From positions 30,442,001 to 30,506,000 of the forward strand of contig OZ024751.1 of assembly GCA_964016885.1 (NCBI GenBank): a stretch of 64,000 nucleotides of DNA. Direction: 5' to 3'. The notes beneath the pieces were generated by a model. That model was not told the DNA's origin. It saw nothing but the letters and a program-made list of their open reading frames with translations, and made no database searches. Position 1 is the stretch's first letter. Each line of letters begins with the position of its first letter. Below, piece by piece: positions 26,477-42,450 of the stretch. The position numbers and the translations under genes are program-made. The DNA is from Eledone cirrhosa (Eukaryota).

Positions 26477-26525
26477 ATGGCCATACTCGATAACGAGGGG
26501 GCAGCCATCATGTATGTATGTATGT
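26477..26525 (+). mobile_element. RTE 3'-terminal stem-loop and (TATG)n tail
   Basis: TGGCCATACTCGATAACGAGGGGGCAGCCATCA-TGTATG matches TGGCCGTACTCGAAAACGAGTTGGCAGCCACCA-TGTATG of the 608-bp units. Confidence 0.8.
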
Positions 26526-26611
26526 ATAAATATGTATGTCTATATATGTATATATGTGTATATATATATATATTATTGAGCAGTATACACACACACACAT
26601 GCACACGCACA

Positions 26612-26705
<94 letters not shown>

Positions 26706-26742
26706 GCATTTATATACATGTATATATATATATATATATGTA

Positions 26743-26811
26743 TAGGAAAAGAGTCAGGACCCAGATGGCTGAGCTAGGTCCACCTGGTTCCTTACTACAC
26801 TTCCTTCGTTA
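26743..26811. mobile_element. Minimal family-B PLE tail cassette (inverted plus forward part)
   Basis: TAGGAAAAGAGTCAGGACCC joined to GGTCCACCTGGTTCCTTACTACACTTCCTTCGTT; (TA)n flanks. Confidence 0.6.
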
Positions 26812-27953
26812 TGTATATATATATATGTGTGTGTGCCTGTGTGTGCGTATGCGTGAGAGTGCGTGCGTACATATATGTTATATGTTTTTTACTAAATCGT
26901 CATAATATCGATTTTTCTTCTTTTTTTTAATTATTGGACAAAAACTCACTTTTGTAAGAGACATTGAATTCTAGTATGATATTGATCTTCATTTTATTGA
27001 TATCGAGAAGAGGAAATTCCAAGTGAAATACATCCCAGAGAAAAGATTAAATAAATCTAAAAACATTTAGTTCTATGTTACTCAATAGTTTTTTTTTTAA
27101 AGAACTCTTCTGCCGTTACAACGAATTTTACAACTAATAAATATTTTATAAGGCAACTCTCAGGAAATGTTACATTCATTCCATGATCACCAAATACTTA
27201 AATTTCGGCCGCGCATTATTCAAGTAATACGTTGTATCGGCAAATAGATTCACATACAGGGTGGCTGAATGGAAGTTGATTTTAATTTCGCTTTTGTTGA
27301 TGTTGTTGTTGTTTTGTAATTAATTGGGTTTTGACAATTAATCAATTAATTAGTGAGTTGGTTGGATTAATTATCTGATAATAAAAATCCAAGTGAAACT
27401 CAACCGGTGCATCAACCGGCGCGCTGGTTCAATTAGCAGGTTGTAAAATAATATATATATATAATAGAGAGAGAGAGAGAGGTGCGCATTTTAGTGTGTC
27501 TATATGTGTCTGTGTATGTGTGTAAGTATGTGTGTGTATGTGTTTAAAGAAGAGGAGAATCTCGAACAGCTTTATTTCCAAACGAGAGACACATTTCCTA
27601 CCCACAAACCATATTTGGTTACATTTTCCTGATAAATCTCACTAACAACAGTGAATATTTCCCCCATCATCACAGGATATTTCAACCTAAAATCCACTTG
27701 CAGGACATAATAGAAAACTTAACTCTTGCCTGTGAAAAAGAATGTTGTGGAGTTTTCTTTAGTTGTTGTTGTTTTATTCATCCAGAAGATTCTACATGAA
27801 ATACTACACCCCCCTCCGTCTTTCCCCCACCCTCCTCATTCACACACATCCTTCTTCATATGGAATGATGTTATGTTATATGTTATATCGTCTGGTCGCA
27901 AGCAGAGATAGCCATAAACACAATAGGCTGATATATATATTATATACACAGAT

Positions 27954-27998
<45 letters not shown>

Positions 27999-28237
27999 TA
28001 TAATATATATATAATATATATATATATAATATATATATAATATATATATATATAATATATATATATAATGTATATGAAGTTGATGTTTATTACGGTATGT
28101 CGAATATATTTATCTATAAAACTGTTTATATTGTATTATGTCTGATGAAGGCATAGCATATTGTTAATATGATATCCCCGAAATATATATAATGAAATAA
28201 ATATGGTTTTATAAATATAGTTTTCCATTTATTTAAT

Positions 28238-28310
<73 letters not shown>

Positions 28311-29193
28311 TCATCTGTCTTATAGCTTCTGACATGCATTTAAACATTCCATTTGATTATACCCAACAGTAGAAACACGCCGAGTGTATGTTAATACTTC
28401 TAGCTCATATATGAAGTATCCAAGACTTAAGATCATTTCAACTATTGTTATGTATTCTGTGATTACACGACGTATCTTTAGATCAACAACGGATGACAAA
28501 GTAAATTATTAGAGAAACATTTAGATGTCTCGCTGGGTAATCTGTTATACAATTCATATCCAATCTACATAGACATAAAGCCAGCATATAAGTATTTATT
28601 GTAGTCTCCTAATTTTCGTGACAGTCCAAAGATTATGATTTGTCTTCTTTTATTTTATTTTTCTCATTTGGCTAAGTCATGAATAAAATATAAAAAAAAA
28701 GCGATCTACATTTATTTTATCGTCTGTTATTTCGGCTCGGTAAACTCCTGCATATTGCTTCTATTGATCTTCTTCCATCCCACTCCTCTCTCGGCGGCGG
28801 TGTATATTTGATGAATGAATGTCTGTACCTTGTCTTTGTTTAGATTGCTTGCCTTATATAATGTTTGCAGTAAAAACAATAAAATGTAAGACGATCAAAA
28901 ATTAAATAACGAAAGTATAGGAAAGAGGAGAGAGAGCGACAGACTCTTCACCACTATCAGTGGTATATCTCAGCTGTGCCTCGCGTACAACATGGTGAGG
29001 GCATTGCCTCCACAGAGAACTACTAGCAACATTCGTTGCATGAACCACTCCATCACATGGGGGATCCTTCTTCAGATGCGATACACTTCCTACAGTCATT
29101 TCAAAATTAAGCTAATGGAATATCTACACACTGAATACTTTTTAATGGTATTATATACAGAGTATATACAGAGTATATACAGAATACAGTGAG

Positions 29194-29385
29194 GGCGGTG
29201 AATTGACAGTATCGATAGAGGGTTGGACGCCATGCCTTCCAGCATCGAGTTGCGCCCCTTTATGGTCTAAGTTCAAATCCCACCGAGGTTAACTTAGCCT
29301 TTCATCCTTACGGGGTCGATAAAATAAAGTACCAGTAATTTACTGAGATAATTGCTGGCCTTGTGCCAATAGTAGAAACAATTAT
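29194..29385 (+). mobile_element. Main SINE, near full length
   Basis: GGCGGTGAATTGACAG head, B-box, core, tail GGCCTTGTGCCAATAGTAGAAAC. Confidence 0.88.
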
Positions 29386-29489
29386 ATACAGAGTTGTCTT
29401 CTCGTTTTCCATTTTACTTTTAAGCATCTATGAGATGGTCATGAGTCGGATGTCTTTGATCAAATGTAGAGGCACCCTCGTTAGCTGAT

Positions 29490-29832
29490 TAGATCGACCC
29501 TAGTATGTAACTGCTACTTTATTTTATCGACCTCCGGAAGGATGACAGGTTAAGTTAGTCTCAGTGGGATTTGAACTGAGAATGTAAAGAGTCAGAACAA
29601 ATACTGCTAAGCATGTTGTCCGACGCTCTAGCGACTTTGCCAATTCACTGCCCTCAGCCGAAATAAAATAATTGTTTCTTCTTTTGGCACAAGACCAGCA
29701 ATTATCACAGTGCATTTCTGGTACTTTATTTTATCGACCCTGTAAGGATGAAGAGCAAAATTAACCTCGGCGAGATTTGAACTCAGACCGCAAAGCATGG
29801 CGTCCGACCTTCTACCGATCCTGCCAATCCAC
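29490..29832 (-). mobile_element. Two main SINE copies
   Basis: Reverse cores at ~29520 and ~29725. Confidence 0.85.
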
Positions 29833-30536
29833 AGAATAATAATTGTTAAATGGAGATTCAAGTAACAATAACTATAGTACGGTTGTTGCTATTGTTTTTG
29901 TTGTTGTTTAGCACCAAGTTAACTGTGACCCAGCAGACTAACGATCAAAGACATTCTACTCATGACCACCCCGTATGTTTAGGGTGGTGTCTCTGACTAC
30001 ATTATTCAATGTATCATTTCTTTTTTTACTGTAATGATGTGATTTAAGGATATTTTACTGCTATTTCTAGCAGGTCGAATGACCATGTAAAGGCTCCCTC
30101 GTTGGCTTGTCTAGTAGTAAGTAGTATTTGAAAATGGAGGTTAGTGTGCATTTCTTCAACCTTAAAATATGGTAGCATGGCTGAGACAAAGGAAAGGAAA
30201 ATGGTGGCGCCGCCGTCAGACGTCTGTTTGGCGACACAATATGACTTCAGACATTTGGCAACAAAACAATTCATGAAAAAAACAAACAGCAAGAGAGAAA
30301 GAGAGAGCGAGAGAGAGAAGAGAGAGTGAGAGAGAGAGGGGGGGGGGGGAGATTTCAATGCTGAAAATACAAAAGAAAAAAAATTGTCTTTAGATCTTTG
30401 TCCAAGACAAACGACTTTAGTAACCGACTCTTCATTCTGGCTTTTAATTTGGCAAAATAAATTTTTTATGGATTTTTTTCTTTCTTAACTCCCCAGCCTT
30501 CTTCTAACGTTTACTCTCTTTCTCGTGATCTCTCTA

Positions 30537-30645
<109 letters not shown>

Positions 30646-31274
30646 TCTGCCTTCTCAGTCTATCTATCTATCTATATGTCTGTCTATCCATCTATCCATC
30701 TATCTATCTATCTGTCTATCTATCTGTCCATCTATCTATCTATCTATCTATCCATCTATCTATCTAATTATCTATCTGCCTATCTATCTTTTCCCTATGT
30801 ATGTCTATCTGTATCTCTTTCTCATCACATCCCTCTCACCACATCACCGTCTCATTTATATCATGTTCAGCAAATTCGAAATGAATGCTACACACCCGGC
30901 TCTCCCCTACGAAATTTTAATTGTTTTGGATATATAAGACCTGGAATTTGGAGTGCTTAACATATATAACATCCCCTCGGTGTTCCCCGACCAAAAATGA
31001 GCAGTCAACAGAGTGCCCTCTATATCTAGATCTGTTATCTCGAAATTAGTAGTCAAAGATCCCTTCCAATAGACAAATCACATGACTGATCGTAATATAA
31101 TGACATATATCTGCAATGACCTTAGTCAGTAATTTTAAGTGTTAAATATCATTGCTTTATTTAGTGCATGTTCCCAGTTAGAACTGTCACTGGTGACTAC
31201 GACTACAAGAAGGCTGATAAAGTTTAAAATATTGATAGTGTTGTTTAAAAATAACTGTTACAATAAATATAGGA

Positions 31275-31560
31275 AATAATGGTTTCTGATTAAGGCACAA
31301 GACCAGCAATTTGAGAAGAGGCAAGGGAAATGTGATTAAATCGACCCCCAGTGGTTACTGGTTCTTTATTTTATCGACTGCCTCAGGATGAAAATCAAGC
31401 TAAACTAAGCGAGATTTGAACACAAAACGTAGAAGGACGTGGCTGAATGCCACAATGCATTTTGTCCGACGCTCTACCGCTATTGCTAACCCACCACCCT
31501 TGGCTGTATGAAATAATAGTTTCTAATTTAGGCACATGACCAGCAATTTTGGTGGCGGAG
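31275..31560 (-). mobile_element. Main SINE plus tail fragment
   Basis: Reverse tail, core and head. Confidence 0.8.
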
Positions 31561-31634
31561 GGTGAGTATAAATCGATGGACCAGTCAAATACTAATATCC
31601 TATATATATTATAGTTTTACATTTCATATCCGAG

Positions 31635-31832
31635 TACTTTATTTCACGTTGCTCCAGTTCACTCGGCTACGGCAGTGGGGGCGGGCACTTTTGTTACACT
31701 TTGTGTTATGTTGAATCTCTCTGAAGAATAATAATACATTAAGGGTAGAAATGTATGTGGAATACTCAGCCACTTTCATGTTAATTTCGCAAACATACAT
31801 AGAAAGCATACATCGTCAGAAACGACGGAGGT
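31635..31832 (+). mobile_element. Old SINE body (different family)
   Basis: ACTTTATTTCACGTTGCTCCAGTTCACTCGGCT matches the reverse complement of 63675-63708. Confidence 0.55.
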
Positions 31833-32269
31833 AAAAAAATAAAAATAAAACATGAAGTTAGACTAAAAACCAAAAAAAAAAAAATTCTCTCCTAGATTTC
31901 TACCTAAATCTAAAACGAAATATGTTGGACAAAAAGTGAAAAATAAAAAATAAAAAATGAAAGCTTAAAGGAAGATGGAAGGAAAACTGAGGATCTTTAG
32001 TCGTTTGTAACAAATGCCTACAATTCAAAGTATCAGAGTTTCTGGTTGTTTTGTTGTTGTTTTTTCTGAAAGCCGCTACTTTATCAACATCAAAGCATTC
32101 TTAGTCGACTTCTGGCCGTCACTTGTAATAACAAGTAAATCTATTTAGGAAAATACGTGAGTCTGAAAATTTTTCATTTTAAATAATACTACGTACGGTA
32201 CAGAAATAATGCTCTGTTTTTTTTTTGTTTTTTTTTTTGGCGAAATAAGTATGAAAATAAGTATAAAAG

Positions 32270-32720
32270 GTGAAGCAGTAAATTGGTAGAGTCGTTAGAA
32301 CATCGGATAGAATCTTTACCAGATTTATTCCAGCTCTCTGTTTTCTGTGTTCAATTTTCACCGACGTCAACTTTGTCTTTCATCATTTCGAGGTCGATAA
32401 AAAAAAAATACCAGTCCAATACTGGGTTGATTCTTCTCTCTCTTTCCTTTGCTGGAAAATAAAAATCAGCTGTGTTCAGGCTTGAGGAGTAATTTTTTTA
32501 TTTTATCAACTTCGAAAGAATGAACAGTAAAGTAGACGTTGCTGAGATTTGAACTCAGAAATCTGTAGCGAATACGATGAAGCATTCTATTCTTCTCCCT
32601 CTTCCCCCTACACACACACACACTCTCTCTCTCTCTTTCTAACAAATCGGCTATGTTCAAGCCTGGAGAGGAGTTAGAATCCGCCAGGGTTTTAAAAATA
32701 AAGCCGAATGTCATTACAGT
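32270..32720. mobile_element. SINE cluster: (+) long-tail copy, (-) fragment, tail fragment
   Basis: Core at ~32368; AAATC.GCT.TGTTCA.GC.TG tail at 32463 and 32645. Confidence 0.7.
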
Positions 32721-33593
32721 GCTCCCTCTCCACCTCGCTTACGTCCCTAAAAGGAATTACGATTTCAAAAAAATAAAGTGTAAAGGTATAAAGGTTTTTA
32801 AAAAAAGGAAGCTTTCCTGTTGAAATTCAGAACGAGGCTTTGGACAAAGATTGATTAATTTTTATGGATTGAAACAAGTTAAATATGGAAATATTTTATG
32901 TGAAAGGAGCAAAGATTTTATTTTATTTTCTAGGCTTTTGTTAGTGTATGTTATATTTTCATCGGCTTTTTAATGACTTTTCATTGTATGTTAGCTTTTT
33001 AGATTTTTGCACTGTACTTTCCGTTCTAGATTGCTAGCTTGTTTATTTGAAACAAATGGCTACATCTAACAAATATAATATACCTATGACATGTACGTGG
33101 GAATTCATTTGTATGTATGTATATATGTATGTATGAATGTATGTATGTATGAATGTATGTATGTATGTTCTTCTGGTTTTATAATTTCACAAATGTATGT
33201 ATGTATGTGTGTATATATGTATGCATGTATGTATATTTGTATATATGAATAGATGGATGGATGTATACATATATATTTATATAATATGTATATAATATGA
33301 TATAATATACATGTATATATATATATTTAATAAACGATTGGTAATTTTCAAAATTCCGGTACAATGTGGTAGAAATATATAAAGGATGACAAATAAAATA
33401 AAACAAAGTAATGTTTTTCGCAGTATATTTCAATCAGATATTTCGGGGCTGTACTCTCTTTTAAAATGTAAAACAGAAACGTTTCAAAACAAAAACGAAC
33501 ATTCGATCTGTTCTTCCCTAGCTGGTCTATGTGTCTGAAATACGCATACGTGGAGCCCGCCCTCCCCCTCAATCTATCTTATTTCTCACTCTT

Positions 33594-33722
33594 TCTTCTA
33601 ATGAAGGACTAGCGTCCGAAACGTTAAGACCCTCTTCCTGCTATATCAAGCGTTAACCGAATATATCCCTTCCATATACTGTACCGATTGTGTTGTTATT
33701 TCTGTTTACCTTTTACACATAT
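33594..33722 (+). mobile_element. Penelope-like tail, family C, with minimal hammerhead (33594-33629)
   Basis: TCTT-CTAATGA-A-GGAC-TAGC-GTCC-GAAAC-GTT-AAGA: stems I and II perfect; G5 changed to A. Confidence 0.65.
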
Positions 33723-34800
33723 ATATAATTTTCGGCAACAGTGATGATCACCAACAGTGTGAAACAGACTCTGTTAGCTTCTCGCCCTTCTTTTGCCTAA
33801 AAAAAAGAAGTGACATAGTCACTACTTTAAAAATGATAGCGGAAGGTCTTCAAAATGTTTTTAATTAAACATACGGTATATTGCCAAATATACTATACAT
33901 ACATTCATATATATATATGTGTGTGTGTGTGTATGTGTGTGGATTCATCTATACTCAAATGCTTAGAACATAAGGGATACTTGAGTTTTATTTTGGTAAT
34001 TTGGTCCTCAGTAAAAACGTTTTTTTTTCTTCTGTTAAGGCCAGGTCAATCACAGTGACCCGTACCCCTAGAAAGTATCAACAATGACCATGAATTACCA
34101 AAAGAGATAGGAAATTAAATGTATGAATAGGGGAATTGAACTCTTATAAAAGTCGTCTTACTGGGAACTGCAGATTTCTACTCTAAATTGCCTGCACTAT
34201 ATATTCTTACATAATTGCAAATATTACACTATTACGTGTTCCAACCGACAAGATGAGGCCATGCTGGGGCACCGCCATTAAAAATATACACATGTTTTTT
34301 AATGTTAAAAAGTATAAATGATAACAGATATTACTCCTTGCCTTCTTTTTCATATTCATCCATCGAAATATATTTCTTCGTCATAATTTTTGTTTTTCTT
34401 ATCATAATTTTAAATAGATACCTACTGTTTTCCGCCTACTAATTCACAATCTCTCCCTGAATGTTCTAATTAATTTTTTTTTATTTTTGTTGTTGTTGTT
34501 GTTGTATTGTTATTGATGCTACCCGTGGTTATTTAAAATAAGAAATATAAGACGAAAGTAAAATCTGTATTTAACTATGATAAGCCGTACAACTAAAGAT
34601 GTTTTAAATCCACCCCAACAAGACAACTTTCAGATAAAAAAAGAAAAACTGAACTCTTTAATAAAGGTTGGAGTCGGCTAAATTAGAAAGTCTTTGAGAG
34701 GATCTGTTAGAAAAAACACTTAAAACTTCTGCAGCCACACGCCGCGAAATTTGATAAAACTAATAGCTACAATAACATCCTCCTTATCATACCTCTTCTA

Positions 34801-35310
<510 letters not shown>

Positions 35311-35374
35311 TCCAAAAACAAAAGTAACGATGGTTCAGTGAGCCATCTATCATCAATAACAGCAGCAACAGCAA

Positions 35375-35763
35375 TAATAATAATAATGGTTTCTACCTTT
35401 GGCACAAGGCCAGCAATAACCCAGTGCATTACTGGTACTTTATTTTATTGACCCCGTAAGGATGAAAGGCAAAGTTAACCTCGGCGGGATTTGAACTCAG
35501 ACCGTAATGGGCCGTTACTCTATGCTGTAAAGCATGGTGTCCGATCCTCTACCGATACTGCCAATCCTCCATAAGCACAAGGCCAACACTTCTGGAGAGG
35601 GAAAAATCGATTAAATCAACCCCAGTGCATTACTGGTGCTTTATTTATCGACCCCGTAAGGATGAAAGGCAAAGTTAACCTCGGCAGGATTTTAACTTAA
35701 AACGTAAAGGGAGGTAATAAAGTATGTTATCCGACGCTCTACCGATTCTGCTATTCCATCGCC
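35375..35763 (-). mobile_element. Two tandem main SINE copies
   Basis: GACCCCGTAAGGATGAAAGGCAAAGTTAACCTCGGC occurs twice. Confidence 0.88.
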
Positions 35764-36147
35764 CTAACAAAGCAGCAATAATAAGAGCAAGAACAATTTT
35801 CGATCCTTCCTCCCCACAATTTCCCTCCTCTGGAATTCCCTTCCATGTTGTCCCTCACCCCAACAGCCATCAACTACCTTCATCCCAATCTCTCTCTAAA
35901 CAAAAACAATTCTGGTGGTTGCCAATAACAACTGTTTTATGTGATGTAACAGCGGCAATAATTAGCTTTTTATATCATTAGCAGCCTGTCTAATTAGCAG
36001 TCTAATTAGCAGCCTGTCTAATTAGCAGCTTATCTCTTTCATTCTCATCCCCGTCACTGAATATTTGGGCTTAATTATTTGTAATTTAGGTTCTTTTTAT
36101 ATACAAAATTGTTACTAAAAAGATAAGCGGTAAACACGCACGCACAC

Positions 36148-36237
<90 letters not shown>

Positions 36238-36307
36238 GCGCGCGTATGCACACACACACATGCACACACACACACACACACACAGGTATATATATATATA
36301 TATATAT

Positions 36308-36430
36308 AAGAACGGAAGAAAATTTCCCTTCATCAGGATCATGAATATCCTGTTGGGTATCATGGATATTTGTACGCATTAAAGACAAGATATCTCACCC
36401 CAGTGCGTCAATAACTAAAGGAAGTTATTG
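36308..36430 (-). mobile_element. (TA)n-adjacent repeat end, homologous to 44415-44540 (+)
   Basis: Shared CCCAATAACTT.C.TTAGTTATTGA.CGCACTGGG..TTGTCTTTAATGCGTA.AAATATCC..CTGA.GA; probably PLE-like. Confidence 0.55.
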
Positions 36431-36579
36431 GGGGGGGGGGGGGGGGGGGAGAGAAAAAAAAATATGTAACAGAAGGGAAAAGGGAAGAACAAGGAAAAGG
36501 AACAGCGAAAAAAACGGGAAGCAACAAATCGAAGAGGCAAAGCCGAAGCATATGTGTGAGAGCAAAACTCGAAGACAGA

Positions 36580-36634
<55 letters not shown>

Positions 36635-36638
<4 letters not shown>

Positions 36639-36995
36639 AAAAAGTATGACCCCGACAGCAGAGCTCAAACTGTTTCGACGGCTATTTCTGGACTCAGAGT
36701 CCAGAAATAGCCGTCGAAACGGCTTGAGCTCTGCCGTAGGGGTCATACTTTTTCCTATTTCCCACTCTACTACCCTAAGTATTGAGTACTCTGGTGCGTT
36801 ATGGTCCATCTGGTTCCTTACCACAATTCCTTTGTTATACATACTTAGGGTAGTAGAGTAGGTAATAGGAAAATGTTCAAGACCCCGACGGCAGAGCTCA
36901 AGCCGTTTTGACGGCTATTTCTGGACAGAAATCGTCCAGAAATAGCCATCGAAACGGCTTGAGCTCTGCCGTCGGGGTCTTGAACATTTTCATAT
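36635..36995. mobile_element. Double fold-back of family-B PLE tail
   Basis: Two ~60-bp-arm hairpins centred at 36696 and ~36930; (TA)n flanks. Confidence 0.75.
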
Positions 36996-37197
36996 TATAT
37001 ATATATATATATAATTGCTGGAAGGTAGGCTCTATTAAGTCGTTGCTTCGAGATTCTGGTTAGGCAACACAGTTGGAATAACAATGAAATGCAGTTGCCG
37101 CTTTATGCAATTCTATTTATAAATACTAGATTATGTATTGAACATGGCGTTTGTGTTTAAAACTGCATTGAGCACAAAAGCAATCACGAACGCAAGA

Positions 37198-37385
37198 ACA
37201 CAGACAGACACTGCCACACACAGACCACTGCCACACACAGACACTGCCACACACAGACACTGCCACACACAGACACTGCCACACACAGACACTGCCACAC
37301 ACAGTCAATGCCACACACAGACACTGCCACACACAGACACTGCCACACACAGACACTGCCACCACAGTCACTGCCACACACAGTC
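37198..37385. repeat. 16-bp minisatellite CACACAGACACTGCCA
   Basis: Direct reading. Confidence 0.9.
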
Positions 37386-37484
37386 ACGTACATATCCATC
37401 ACATTCACATATACTTACATTATATGCTAGGGTCAAATCGACATAACTGATATTTATATATTCTCTATTATTATATGGTCTAAA

Positions 37485-40015
<2,531 letters not shown>

Positions 40016-40924
40016 GCATACATACATTCCGAACGCTAATGTTTATAAGTCAGCACAAACCCAACACATACAATAATCCAATTGAGAGAAAAAAAAAATA
40101 TATATATATATAATAATCAAAGAAATAAAGAAATATAATGATATGCTGGAGAGACAACAAAAACACCAACTAACAACAATGCGGTTATTCTATCCATTTC
40201 TTTCTCAGAGAAAAACCAAAAAGGCAAAAATATACAAACAAAAAGGAACTCACAAGTATATGTTGACAATAAAGTTTGTGTAAAAAATGGTCTCAGTACA
40301 AGCGGTGATGTAAAATGTTACAACTCGGGCTACAATAACGTTTAAGAGCTGTGTGCAACATAAATTAGAGACAACCGCAAGAGCTGTTGTGGCAGCAGTC
40401 GTAAATCTGTCTCTTGGCTTGCCAAAGCCAAAGATTGCCATATATATTATTGACAGAAATTTAAAAGTAGCCGTCCACGCGAAAGAGTGATATATATATA
40501 TATATATAATTATCATATATATATATATATAATTATTGTATATATATATATATACAAACATATATATAGAGAGAAAGAGTGGGGGGGGGGGAGGGGACAG
40601 TTATTAACCCTTTTCGTTTCGCTGGAAGTGATACACAGTATTCCCAAAAATATATTTCCTACCATACAAACCTATGTTGGTCACTTTAAATGCAAGTATA
40701 AACAGCGAAAGCTTCCTACCTTCGGTAATGTACTCCTAGATATACTTCGCCTGTAGAAAAAAAGTGAAGACTGAATTGTTTATGGCTGGAAGACTTCTGA
40801 TCATAGGCCTGTTCAATCATGGCTGCTCTTATTATTATAAATGATGACTTTAATTCTATGTCACTATTTGTAATTAATGTATTTGTAGTATTTCTATAAT
40901 ATGTATGCGTGGTCCTGTAACTCA

Positions 40925-41222
40925 TGGGGGAGTCATAGGGGCGAATCATAGGGGCGTTTCTAGGGTATTTTAAAACCAGGCGGTGTCCATCTCCTTTCCA
41001 GGTTTGAACAAAGCAGATTTCTTCCAGAGAAGGATAGAGAATGAGAGAATGAAAACGAGAAAGAGATATAGAGGAAGAAACGACTCCAGTACTGGACTGG
41101 TACTTTATTTTATCGATCCCAGAAGGATGAAAGGCAAAGTTATCCTAATCGGGATTTGAACTCAGAACCTACATGGACTTACCATGTGTCGAGGCTCTAA
41201 CGATTTTGCCACTCCACCAGCC
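40925..41222 (-). mobile_element. Main SINE, long-tail variant
   Basis: Reverse core at ~41105 plus extended tail GGTTTGAACAAAGCAGATTTCTTCCAG. Confidence 0.8.
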
Positions 41223-41536
41223 TAATTTTTTTTTTCTAACATCGATTTGAAGCCAGCAATTTGGGTTGGAGGGGAAAGTCGATTATATTGACCTTAAAGC
41301 CATGAATAATAAAAATAACAATAAGTAACAATATATTGTCGAATGCTGTAGAGGGAGAAGTCCACACCATTTATTTTAAAGATGAACTTAATTTGTCCCG
41401 CTGGGGTCAATTGCATCTTTTATCACCACAGAGTAACTGTTTTGCAACGAAGCTTTCCATGGCAAATCTGTTATCTTTGTCAAGGCTAAAAACAAAATAA
41501 AAAATAAAATACAAAAAAATATATATATATATATAA

Positions 41537-41710
41537 ATAATAATTTCTGATTTAGGCACAAGGCCAATAATTTAGGTGGAGGGGAAAATCGAGTAAATTG
41601 ACCTAACCCCGTAAGGTAACCTCAGCAGGATTTGAACAAAGAACGTAAAAGGACATAACTATATGCCACAAAGCACGTTGTCCGACACTCTAACGATTCT
41701 GTCACTCCAC
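41537..41710 (-). mobile_element. Main SINE with internal deletion
   Basis: Tail TTTAGGCACAAGGCC and head TCCGACACTCTAACGATTCTG. Confidence 0.75.
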
Positions 41711-42151
41711 AAACAAATAATAATAATAATTCTTATCATTCTTAAAGCAGTATAGTATTCAAAAACGTAAGATTTGGCAGCGCTGATCGCTGACGGTGAA
41801 TTCATGATCAGCGATCAATTTAGCGGCTTAGGGCTTGGCTTTCATAGTTGGGAGAAATATTATTCACAGATAATGTGTCTCAACAACGTTTGAAGAAGGA
41901 GAAGAAGAAGAAGGCAAAAGAATAGAAAAACAAAATCGGTGGTCAGAAACAAACAAAACAAAACGATAATGTTCTGTATATCATATATTTGTAAAGTGTT
42001 CGGCATGTGGGTTGTAAAATATAACAGAGATAAGGGGGAAATAATGGAAAATTAATAGATGCGCTATTTATTTCTTCAGCATTTTCTAATCTTTTACCAT
42101 CCCTTCTCACCCTTTCTCTCTTGCCCTGTACGTACACACACAGGCACACAC

Positions 42152-42187
<36 letters not shown>

Positions 42188-42293
42188 TATATATATACAT
42201 ATATTTATATAAATATACTGTAGTATAGGTTTGGTAGAAATATCCAAGGGTAAGAGCACTCAGTCCATAGGACGAGTTAAGTATAATTAGTTG

Positions 42294-42450
42294 TTACAAC
42301 AGTGACATATAGAGGTGCTTACGTTTCGTATAACCTAACGAAACTTAAGTTCTGTATATATCACTGCTGTAACTTGGGGTAGTAGAGTATATGATTATAT
42401 TATAAAGAGTCAGGATCTGACGTCTGAGCTCTTGCCGTTTCAACAGCTAG
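42294..42450. mobile_element. Fold-back PLE-like end (42294-42374) abutting a family-B fragment (-)
   Basis: Imperfect hairpin containing CGAAAC-TTAA-GTT; then GGGTAGTAGAG..GAGCTC..CCGTTTC.ACAGCTA. Confidence 0.5.

Noticed and set aside
28135-28195. CTGATGA...CCGAAA with a long possible stem II
   Set aside because: Stem III and the cleavage register do not fit; at most a decayed copy.
36312-36340. CTGATGAAGGGAAA (-) and CTGACGATGGAAAAC near 44505
   Set aside because: No room for stem II and no stem III or cleavage triplet.
36529-36556. TCGAAGA-GGC-AAA-GCC-GAAGC-ATATGT hammerhead look-alike
   Set aside because: Several core substitutions and no stem I.
41784-41817. 10-bp inverted repeat TGATCGCTGA (also a 13-bp one at 48046-48075)
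   Set aside because: Isolated short palindromes with no supporting context.
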